Shown here in pieces: positions 25,798 through 33,517 of a DNA stretch of 64,000 bases. The stretch is from an uncultured Opitutales bacterium (lineage in GTDB: Bacteria > Verrucomicrobiota > Verrucomicrobiia > Opitutales > JBHJGM01): the NCBI GenBank assembly GCA_964405825.1, contig CAYOPI010000003.1, forward strand, positions 33,180-97,179. The letters run 5' to 3'. A program made the translations under genes and the position numbers. How positions within the stretch are numbered: the stretch's first letter is position 1; each line of letters opens with the position of its first letter. Under the pieces are notes generated by a model. The model saw nothing but the letters and a program-made list of their open reading frames with translations. It ran no database searches and was not told where the DNA came from.

Positions 25798-26958
25798 TCA
25801 AATCTCGCGGGGCAGGCGGTCGATGATGGCGTCGTCGTTGGCGTGGATGATGGCCTGGTCGCGCGAGATGAAGCCGCGCATGTACAGGTCGATGAGCGCC
25901 TGCTCCATAGTGATCATGCCGTCGCGGTTGCGCGTTTCCATCATGGAGTAAATCTGGTGCCAGTTGCCGGTGCGGATGAGGTTGCCCAGGCCCGTAACGT
26001 TGCGCAGGACCTCCATCGCCACGCAGCGCCCCGGGCCGTCGCGCATGGGAATCAGCTTCTGGCCGACAACGTAGCTGAGGCTGAACGAGAGCTGGGTGGA
26101 AAGCTCCTTGTTGCGCTCGGGCGGGAACATGTCGAGGATGCGCGTGATGGCACCCACGCAGTTGCGCGTGTGCAGGGTGGAAAAGACCAGGTGACCGGTC
26201 TCAGCAGCGGTCAGGGCGAGGCCGGCGGTCTCGGGGTCACGCATTTCGCCGACGTAGATGACGTCGGGGTTTTCGCGCAGGATGCTGTACAGGCCGGCGG
26301 AAAAACTGCGGGCGTGCGTGCCGACTTCGCGCTGGGAGACGAGCGCGGTCTGGGAGTGGAAGACGAACTCGACGGGGTCCTCCAGGGTGATGACGCGGAC
26401 GGGGCGGGTGCGGTTGATCTCGTTGAGCAGGCTGGCGATGGTGGTGGACTTGCCGCTGCCGGTGATGCCCGTGAGCAGGACCAGGCCCTGCTTGGCGTGG
26501 ACCATGTCCTGCCAGATCTCGTCGGAGGGGAAACCCAGCTCGCCGGGTGCGGGAACCGACGGGGTGAGCAGGCGGATGACCGCGGCCGGCCCGTCGCGGT
26601 CGCGAAAGACGTTCAGGCGAAAGTTGTAGTGGCCGTTGGGCAGCTCGTAGCCGGCATCGACATCGGCCATCGGGTCGGTGCGCAGCATCTCAATCTGCTC
26701 GGGGCTGAGCAGGGGAAAGACAAGCTTCTCGATCATGGGGGCATCGAGGTTGGCACCGTCGGGTACGGTTTCAAGGTCGTCGTCGAGGCGGAAGCGCACG
26801 GGGTGGCCGACCTTGAAATGGAAGTCGGAAATGCGGGGCAGACCGTTGGCCATGTAGTCCTCGTGCACAGCGCTTTCGAGGAGCTCGTTGATGCTGAGGG
26901 TGTGCTCGCCGGCGGGGTAAACGGAGGCGTCGGGGTCGAAGGACTCGGTCTGGCTCAT
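25798..26958 (-). CDS. PilT/PilU-family type IV pilus retraction-type secretion ATPase (orphan)
   Basis: Walker A is LLTGITGSGKSTT. The Asp box and Walker B region is ITLEDPVEF....QREVG....F...L...LRENPDVIYVGEMRD. The His box is TGHLVFSTLHT. No pilB/C/M-Q genes are nearby. Confidence 0.85.
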   Translation of the reverse strand: MSQTESFDPDASVYPAGEHTLSINELLESAVHEDYMANGLPRISDFHFKVGHPVRFRLDDDLETVPDGANLDAPMIEKLVFPLLSPEQIEMLRTDPMADVDAGYELPNGHYNFRLNVFRDRDGPAAVIRLLTPSVPAPGELGFPSDEIWQDMVHAKQGLVLLTGITGSGKSTTIASLLNEINRTRPVRVITLEDPVEFVFHSQTALVSQREVGTHARSFSAGLYSILRENPDVIYVGEMRDPETAGLALTAAETGHLVFSTLHTRNCVGAITRILDMFPPERNKELSTQLSFSLSYVVGQKLIPMRDGPGRCVAMEVLRNVTGLGNLIRTGNWHQIYSMMETRNRDGMITMEQALIDLYMRGFISRDQAIIHANDDAIIDRLPREI

Positions 26959-27032
26959 GGGAAGGGTAAGGGTGCAGAGCTTACGCCAGCGCCCGCCGGG
27001 GTGTGAAGCGCGAAAGTGGGGGCGCGGACGCG

Positions 27033-27758
27033 CTAGGCCGTGGCAACGACCGGCTCAGGGAATTCATCGTAGGTGCGATCATTCAGGTCGCGCCCGAAGC
27101 GGTGCTTTTGCACCCCACCCCACTGCTTGAAAAAGAACGCAACCGCACCGGCTTCGCACTTCTGTCGGATTTCGTGGACCCACTCTTCCTTCATCGGGCG
27201 GGCACCCGGACCGGACTCGCCCCCAACGATCACCCAGTGGATACCCGCCACATCCAGCGCCTTCAGGGAACCGATGAGGGGCTCACAGGAAAGGAAGCGA
27301 ACGCGCGCGGGGACGGCCCGCAGGTGTTCGACACGTTCAAGGACGCGCTCATCCTCCACACTGACACCCATCCAGACGTTGGGGGACCAATCTATCTCGT
27401 GGGCAAGTTCGGTGAGTCGTTCGCTACGCTTGGTCAACACCTGAAACTGATGCTGCGGACACTCATTCATGGTCTGGAACGCACGCCGGATGAAGGCGTC
27501 CGGCACATCACGGTGAAAGAGATCGGACATGGAGTTGACGAAGATCTTCCGTGGCTTCTTCCAGCGTCTGGGGACGTTCAGGAGGTCCTCATGGAGGGTG
27601 AGGTCGAAACCATTTTCGTAGCGCCGATTGCCCATCGCGTGGAGCCGGTGGGCCATGCGGGCGGCGTAGCAGTGTTTGCATCCCGCACTAATCCTGGTGC
27701 AACCCGTCACCGGGTTCCAGGTCATCTCAGTCCATTCGATGTGAGAGTTTGCAGGCAT
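27033..27758 (-). CDS. DUF5131 (phage Gp37/Gp68 family) three-Cys-motif protein
   Basis: Starts HIEWTEMTWNPVTGCTRISAGCKHCYA, which carries the C-x6-C-x2-C motif. Later motifs are IFVNSMSDLFH, FQVLTKR, VWMGVSVE, FLSCEPL, HWVIVGGESG and FFFKQWGG. It starts 2 nt after the tcmP stop. Confidence 0.85.
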   Translation of the reverse strand: MPANSHIEWTEMTWNPVTGCTRISAGCKHCYAARMAHRLHAMGNRRYENGFDLTLHEDLLNVPRRWKKPRKIFVNSMSDLFHRDVPDAFIRRAFQTMNECPQHQFQVLTKRSERLTELAHEIDWSPNVWMGVSVEDERVLERVEHLRAVPARVRFLSCEPLIGSLKALDVAGIHWVIVGGESGPGARPMKEEWVHEIRQKCEAGAVAFFFKQWGGVQKHRFGRDLNDRTYDEFPEPVVATA

Positions 27759-27760
27759 AG

Positions 27761-28630
27761 CTAAAGCTGCAGCACGTCCTCAGCGATCCTGACGGCCGTG
27801 GAAGCGCCCTTGGGATTAGAGGCACCGAAGCAGAACATAAACATCGGGCTGCCGGATGAATTCTTCAGGATCTCAGGGTTCCTTGCGACGCCCAGAAAGA
27901 CCGACTCCAACCTTTCCTGCACAAACACTTCCATAGACTTGAACGTTGCAGCCTTGGAAAGCTCTTCTTGCTCAAAATCCAGCAATCTTTGTGGATCCTC
28001 CTGGTAAAAGCGCTCTCGCCATGAAGTGGTGCCCAGGGTTCGGTCCAATCGCTCCTGAAAGGTTGGCGGAGGCAGGCCCCTTTTGGTTAAGAGGCGGTTG
28101 AGCCCCATGCCAAGAGGGAAAAGGTACCAGACGTCTGCGGCTCCGGTTTCAGCCAGACGCTGCAAGGTGGTCCAATCGACAGACATTCCGTAGGGGTCCA
28201 GCAGCACAAGCATCCGCCACCTGGTCCAATCGTACGTCGCACAGATTTGGACGGCTTTCTGGTTGAAGTCGCCACTGAGCACTCGAGCATCGAGTTTCCT
28301 GTGCGAGTTCACTGTGTCTCTGAGCTCCCTGGCAAATGCTGGATTGCTCTCGATGAAGCGGTAAGCGGTGAATCCCGGGGAAGCGGCCAGAGCGACCCGT
28401 GCGGAACCTTGGATGAATCCCTGTGGGCCGCTGTCGGCCAGTTCAGGAAAGAGATGGCCCACCTTTTTCTTGTCTACGTAGATACGCCCACTTCCCGCAA
28501 AGCCATCGAGGTAGAGTGTCTTCAGATTTCGTGCTCTCTCGTTGCGATGGAAAATGGTTTAGTAGGCCTTGAGATACTTCTCAAAGCTGTTGAGCTTCTG
28601 CGCTGTCCAATCTCCACCATAGGACTGCAT
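27761..28630 (-). pseudogene. tcmP: Three-Cys-motif partner protein TcmP, interrupted by an in-frame TAA
   Basis: From the ATG at 28630-28628: MQSYGGDWTAQKLNSFEKYLKAY, then TAA at 28561-28559, then in the same frame TIFHRNERARNLKTLYLDGFAGSGRIYVDKKKVGHLFPELADSG... to the stop at 27761. I checked the frame by hand (69 nt and 99 nt offsets). The track ORF (27761..28462) covers only the downstream part. The DGFAGSG motif and the genetic linkage to DUF5131 fit TcmP. Confidence 0.75.
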
Positions 28631-28677
28631 AAAAATACACTGTACATTTGAGCATAAAAACACAAGAGGAAAGATTC

Positions 28678-30546
28678 ATGTCCACGACTGCGCCCGAGAC
28701 GCACGAATTCCAGGCCGAGGTGAAGCAGGTGCTCGATATCGTCGTGCACTCGCTGTACACCGATAAAGAGATTTTCATTCGCGAGTTGATCTCCAACGCC
28801 TCCGATGCGCTGGAGAAGCTGCGGCACCTGCAACTGACCCAGCAGGCGGTCTTTGACGACAACCTGGGGCTGGAGCTGTCGCTGACCTCCGACGACAACG
28901 CCGGCACGCTGACGATTCAGGACTTTGGCGTGGGGATGACGCGCGAGGAACTGGTCGAGAACCTGGGCACGATTGCGCACTCGGGCTCGAAGGCTTTTTT
29001 GAAGGCGCTGCAGGAGAGCGGGGGGGACCGCAACGACAACCTGATCGGGCAGTTCGGGGTGGGCTTCTACAGTGTGTTCATGGTGGCGGACTCGGTGAAG
29101 GTCTTCACGCGCACGTGGAAACCCGAGGGCGAGGGGCTGGTCTGGAGCAGCGACGGTTCGGGCAGTTACACCATCGAGCCGGCCGAGGGGCTGCGCCGCG
29201 GGACGAAGATCGTGGTGACGCTGAAGGCCGAGGAGAAGGAGTTCGCGCGCGACCACCGCGTGAAGCAGATCGTGGAGCAGTACTCGCGTTTTGTGCAGTT
29301 CCCGATCGCGCTCAACGGCGAGGCGGTCAACACGATGCAGGCGCTGTGGCTGCGCTCGAAGAACGAAGTCAAGGAGGAGGAGTACAAGGAGTTTTACAAA
29401 TACCAGGCGCATGCGAGCGAGGACCCGTTCGACTGGTTCCACTTCAGTGCGGATGCGCCGCTGGCGATCAACGCGCTGGTCTACATCCCCGCCAGCAACC
29501 CCGAGCGCATGGGCTTCGGGCGGACCGACCCCGGCGTGGGGCTGTATTGCCGGAAGGTGCTGATCGACGCCAGCCCGGACAAGCTGCTGCCGGAGTGGTG
29601 CCGCTTCTTGAAGGGTGTGGTGGACAGCGCCGACCTGCCGCTGAACATCTCGCGCGAGTCGATGCAGGACAGCGCGCTGGTGCAGAAACTCGGGCGGGTG
29701 ATCACCAAGCGCTTCCTCAAGCACCTGGACGATTTGGCCAGGAAGGACGCCGAGCGCTACGCAACGTTCTTCCAGCAGTTCGGGCACTACCTGAAGGAAG
29801 GGATCGTCAACGACTTCAACAACAAGGACGCGATCGCACCCTTGCTACGGTATGAAAGCAGCGCGACCAAGGCCGGCGAATTGACCAGCCTGCAGGCGTA
29901 CGTCGATCGGATGAAGCCCGAGCAGCAGGCCATCTACACGCTCTCAGGGCCCAGCCGAAGCGCGCTGGAGAGCGGCCCCTATCTGGAGGCCTTTCAGGCG
30001 CGGGGCCTGGAGGTGTTGTTCTTCTACGAGCCGATCGACGACTTTACCGTGAACCACCTGGGACGCTTCGCCGAGAAGGAGTTCGCGAGCGCGGATCAGG
30101 CCGACATCGATCTGGGCAAGGCCGACAGCGAACCCGAAGGCGAAGCCCTGGAGCGCGAGCAGGTCGAGGCGTTGTGCGGCTGGCTCAAGGAGACCCTTGG
30201 CGAGGCGAAGGTTTCGCGCGTGGCGGCTTCCGATCGGCTGGTGGGCAGCCCGGCGGTTGCGTTGAACGCGGACAAGCTCATGTCCACGTCGATGCGAAAG
30301 CTGATGCAGGCGATGCAGGGCGAAGGGGCGGAGCCGCTGCCGCCGCCGGCCGTCAACCTGGAGATCAATCCGCGCCATGGGCTGATCCGTAACCTGGCGT
30401 CGCTGAAGGACGGTGAGCCCGAATTGGCACGGCTGGTGGCGCAACAGCTGCACGACAATGCGCTGGCTGCCGCCGGTATGCTGGAGGACCCGCGGGCGAT
30501 GGTCGGGCGCGTCTACGAGTTGCTGGAGCGCGTCAGCCGCGGTTAG
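28678..30546 (+). CDS. htpG: Molecular chaperone HtpG (Hsp90)
   Basis: From the ATG at 28678, which is preceded by AGAGGAAAG: MSTTAPETHEFQAEVKQVLDIVVHSLYTDKEIFIRELISNASDALEKLR and GQFGVGFYS. The rest is full-length Hsp90-like. Confidence 0.95.
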   Translation: MSTTAPETHEFQAEVKQVLDIVVHSLYTDKEIFIRELISNASDALEKLRHLQLTQQAVFDDNLGLELSLTSDDNAGTLTIQDFGVGMTREELVENLGTIAHSGSKAFLKALQESGGDRNDNLIGQFGVGFYSVFMVADSVKVFTRTWKPEGEGLVWSSDGSGSYTIEPAEGLRRGTKIVVTLKAEEKEFARDHRVKQIVEQYSRFVQFPIALNGEAVNTMQALWLRSKNEVKEEEYKEFYKYQAHASEDPFDWFHFSADAPLAINALVYIPASNPERMGFGRTDPGVGLYCRKVLIDASPDKLLPEWCRFLKGVVDSADLPLNISRESMQDSALVQKLGRVITKRFLKHLDDLARKDAERYATFFQQFGHYLKEGIVNDFNNKDAIAPLLRYESSATKAGELTSLQAYVDRMKPEQQAIYTLSGPSRSALESGPYLEAFQARGLEVLFFYEPIDDFTVNHLGRFAEKEFASADQADIDLGKADSEPEGEALEREQVEALCGWLKETLGEAKVSRVAASDRLVGSPAVALNADKLMSTSMRKLMQAMQGEGAEPLPPPAVNLEINPRHGLIRNLASLKDGEPELARLVAQQLHDNALAAAGMLEDPRAMVGRVYELLERVSRG

Positions 30547-30555
30547 GCAAGCGGC

Positions 30556-30723
30556 CTACTCCTGGCCGGCGAACTTGAGCAGCAGCACAATCATCGGCAC
30601 CAGGACAAAGGCACCCGTGATGGCGTAAAGGATCATCAGATCGCGCTGAGCCCGGCGCTGCGTTTCGGGATCAACCGGCGCCTCGTCTGGCGCTTCGTCG
30701 GGAGATGGTTCGTCCTGAGGCAT
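30556..30723 (-). CDS. Small hypothetical membrane protein (55 aa)
   Basis: MPQDEPSPDEAPDEAPVDPETQRRAQRDLMILYAITGAFVLVPMIVLLLKFAGQE has an acidic N-terminus and one TM. It starts 11 nt after the stop of the FGE-domain gene. There is no homology evidence. Confidence 0.35.
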   Translation of the reverse strand: MPQDEPSPDEAPDEAPVDPETQRRAQRDLMILYAITGAFVLVPMIVLLLKFAGQE

Positions 30724-30733
30724 CGGCCCGCGG

Positions 30734-32542
30734 CTACTGCCTGAGCGCGGCGGTGGACTCCGACTCCTCGGCCCATTCCACGGCGAAGCGGAAGCCGATG
30801 AAGCGGGTGCGCTCGCCGCGGCCACGGGATTCCTCGGGCAACTGCAGGAGAGTGTCGGTGGTGTCGACCGCGCTGCCCCCAATGACAAGCACCTCGTTGC
30901 CCACAACGCCTTCGCGCGGCTGAATCCACTCGGCCACGTTGCCCAGCAGGTCGTGGAAGCCGGCAGCGTTGGGCTGGCTCGTCTCCACTTTCTGGATACG
31001 CCCGCGGGAGTTGGTCAGGTTCCAGGAGATGGAGTCCAGGTTGGTACTGGTGCCGGCGTCGCGGGGGTCGGCGCTGATGTAACGCAGGCTGCCCAGGGCT
31101 GAGCGGAACTCATCGCGCTTGGGCAGGCGCACGGGCCGGGCAAGGATCCAGCTCAGGCGTTCGCAGAAGCGCTCGGCCTCGGTCCAGGACAGCGCGTGGA
31201 CGGGGAAATCGTCGCCGCGGGGCTCCTGGCTGGGGTTGTTGCGCATGACCGCGCTGTAGAGTGCCTGGGTGACCTCGTGGTCGAAGATGAAGACGCCGTC
31301 GAAGTCGGGCACCGGGCGCAGATTCGAAACGATGTGCTGCTGCAGGAAGCCGAAGTTGCCGCGCAGCAGCTTGAGCACCTTCAGCCGGAGGATTTGCTCC
31401 TCGGTGATGACGCCGCTGTCGGGAAAGTCGGTGCGGAAGCGCTCGGCCTTGTCGGCCAACTCGCTGACCAGACGGCTGGCGCGGCTGACTTCGCCTGAGA
31501 GCAGCAGCTGGTCGAGCCGTTTGGAGTCGGCCAGGATCTCCTCGGCCAGATCGCGGCTCTTGGCCATCTGCATGGAGGTGAGCAGTTCGTTGGCACGGTC
31601 GCGGGACTCGAAATCGCTGCGCGGGAAAGTGGTGTTGAGCTCGATCTGGGTCTCGTAGGCTTCGAGGTAGAGTTCGGCGGCCTCGAGTGATCGCTGGTTC
31701 TCTTCGAGCTCTTTGGCCTGAGCGACGAGGGCGTTGACCCTTTCGTGCAGGCCGGCGGACTTGAGCGACTCCAAATCGCCCTGCAGAGCGATGACCTTGC
31801 CGTGGTTGGAGGTGGTGGCGCTGCCGGCCTTTGCCATGATGGCGCGGTGCTTGTCGACGGCCAGGGTAAGGTTGGCGATGGCATCGGACCAGCGTTCCTC
31901 GGCGCGGGCCAGAGCGGCGGCTTGCTCGAAGGCGGCAGCTTCGCGGCGCAGGGGAGCGACCTCGATGTTGACGATGCGAGCACGCAGGTTGGCCTCCTTT
32001 TCCAGGTCCTGATACACGCTCAGGCCGTAGTGGTCGTTGATGTCGTTCTGCAGCTCAAGCGCTTCCTTGAGCTTGCGCGTGATCGCTTCCTTGTCGCCCT
32101 CGCCATCCTCCAGGACGGCGACGTCGTTGAGCAGTCGTTCGATGCGGCGGTTCATGGGAAAGGACCGGGCGTTGTGCTCGAGCTTGCGCAGGTCGCTCAG
32201 CCGCAGCACGTCGGACTGGAAGAAATCGCGGCGCGCGTTGTAACGCTCCTGCAGGATGACGGCGCGCTGGATTTTGCGCATGTCGGCATCGGTAATGTTG
32301 CCCAGTTCCCAGGCCGAAAGGAATTCGCCTTCGAGCTGCGCCACCTCGGCCAGGAGGGCCTCCTCGGACATCTCCTCGTCATTGAGGATAATGGCGGACT
32401 CGGGCACGGGCGCGGGCTGCAGGCGCTCGGTCAGGTAATAGACCGCGCCGAGCGTGCCGCCGACCAGAAAGATCACCAGAAAGAAGCGGAAGGGCTTCTT
32501 GAACCGGCTGAAAAAACCGCGCGTCTCCTCTTCAAACGGCAT
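30734..32542 (-). CDS. Membrane-anchored coiled-coil protein with a C-terminal FGE-sulfatase (SUMF1/EgtB/PvdO-type) domain
   Basis: Start at the ATG at 32542 (MPFEEETRGFFSRFKKPFRFFLVIFLVGGTLGAVYYL, a TM). About 400 aa of heptad-rich, charged sequence follow. The C-terminus reads HEVTQALY..VM..NPS.......PV..LSW.EAERFC..LS ... GFHDLLGNVAEW ... GGS ... R....RG.......IGFRF. The 946-aa track ORF is an over-extension that runs antisense through tyrA. Confidence 0.75.
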   Translation of the reverse strand: MPFEEETRGFFSRFKKPFRFFLVIFLVGGTLGAVYYLTERLQPAPVPESAIILNDEEMSEEALLAEVAQLEGEFLSAWELGNITDADMRKIQRAVILQERYNARRDFFQSDVLRLSDLRKLEHNARSFPMNRRIERLLNDVAVLEDGEGDKEAITRKLKEALELQNDINDHYGLSVYQDLEKEANLRARIVNIEVAPLRREAAAFEQAAALARAEERWSDAIANLTLAVDKHRAIMAKAGSATTSNHGKVIALQGDLESLKSAGLHERVNALVAQAKELEENQRSLEAAELYLEAYETQIELNTTFPRSDFESRDRANELLTSMQMAKSRDLAEEILADSKRLDQLLLSGEVSRASRLVSELADKAERFRTDFPDSGVITEEQILRLKVLKLLRGNFGFLQQHIVSNLRPVPDFDGVFIFDHEVTQALYSAVMRNNPSQEPRGDDFPVHALSWTEAERFCERLSWILARPVRLPKRDEFRSALGSLRYISADPRDAGTSTNLDSISWNLTNSRGRIQKVETSQPNAAGFHDLLGNVAEWIQPREGVVGNEVLVIGGSAVDTTDTLLQLPEESRGRGERTRFIGFRFAVEWAEESESTAALRQ

Positions 32543-32656
32543 ACACGTTAAGCAACCAATTCGGCGTGGAGAGTCAAAAGCATAAGGGGGTGGTTCAGGC
32601 ACACCGACAGGGCGCCGTGTAAAAGGTTCGACATTTCCGCGGGTGCCTAAAATCGT

Positions 32657-33517
32657 TTGCGGGTGTTCGAGCGTTTGACGATTCTGGGCGCCGGTCTGCT
32701 GGGCGGATCGGTGTTGTGGGCAGCGCGCGAAAAGGGGCTGTGCCGACAGACGGGCGCGTGGTCCCGCCGAGCGGAGACACGCGAGGCCTGCGCCCGAAAA
32801 GACTGGTGCCAAACGGTTTATGAAACGCCCGAAGACGCCGCGCGCGAGGCGGACCTGCTGCTGGTCTGCGTGCCGGTTGAGCGCATCGCCACGCTGGTCA
32901 AGCAGGTGGCCCCGCACCTGAAGCCGACCGCGATCCTCTCGGACGTCGGCAGCACGAAAGGAAAAATCTGCGCGGAGGTTCCGGCGCAGTTGACCGAGGC
33001 GGGGGCGGCGTTCGTGGGGTCGCATCCCATGGCCGGTTCGGAGAAAACCGGTATTGAGTACGCACGAGCCGATCTGTTCCAGGGACGGCCGTGTTTTGTC
33101 ACCCCGGTGGCGGACTCCGCGCCCCAAGCCACGCAGCAGCTGACGGAATTCTGGACGGGGCTGGGCATGCGCGTGCGCGAAGCCGATCCGGGGACGCATG
33201 ATGCGATCGTGGCGCACGTGAGTCATCTGCCGCATCTGGTTGCCTCGGCGCTGGCCGATGCGCTTTCGCAGACGCCGTCCGAATGGGCCGGGGCGAGCGG
33301 GCCCGGCCTGCGCGACACCACGCGGGTGGCCGGCGGCGACCCTGGCCTGTGGCTGGAGATTGTCCGGCAAAACCGCGAGGCGATCAGTGAGGCGTTGCGG
33401 GGTTTTTCCGGGGTCTTTGCAGGGCTCGCCCAGGCGGTCGAAAGAGGCGACGATGATGCGGTGAAGTCGGTATTGGAGCGGGGGCAGGTCTACCGCAAGC
33501 GTCTCGAAGGAGCTTGA
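32657..33517 (+). CDS. tyrA: Prephenate/arogenate dehydrogenase
   Basis: Rossmann motif LTILGAGLLGGS, then ILSDVGSTK and FVGSHPMAGSEK.G. Confidence 0.88.
   Translation: MRVFERLTILGAGLLGGSVLWAAREKGLCRQTGAWSRRAETREACARKDWCQTVYETPEDAAREADLLLVCVPVERIATLVKQVAPHLKPTAILSDVGSTKGKICAEVPAQLTEAGAAFVGSHPMAGSEKTGIEYARADLFQGRPCFVTPVADSAPQATQQLTEFWTGLGMRVREADPGTHDAIVAHVSHLPHLVASALADALSQTPSEWAGASGPGLRDTTRVAGGDPGLWLEIVRQNREAISEALRGFSGVFAGLAQAVERGDDDAVKSVLERGQVYRKRLEGA

Noticed and set aside
28590-28677. Sigma-32-like heat-shock promoter for htpG (TTGAGC ... CCACCATA) in the AT-rich spacer.
   Set aside because: The spacing is about 18 nt and the match to the CTTGAAA / CCCCATNT consensus is poor. Promoter consensus sequences for this lineage are unknown to me. 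I note only that the AGAGGAAAG Shine-Dalgarno-like element precedes the ATG.
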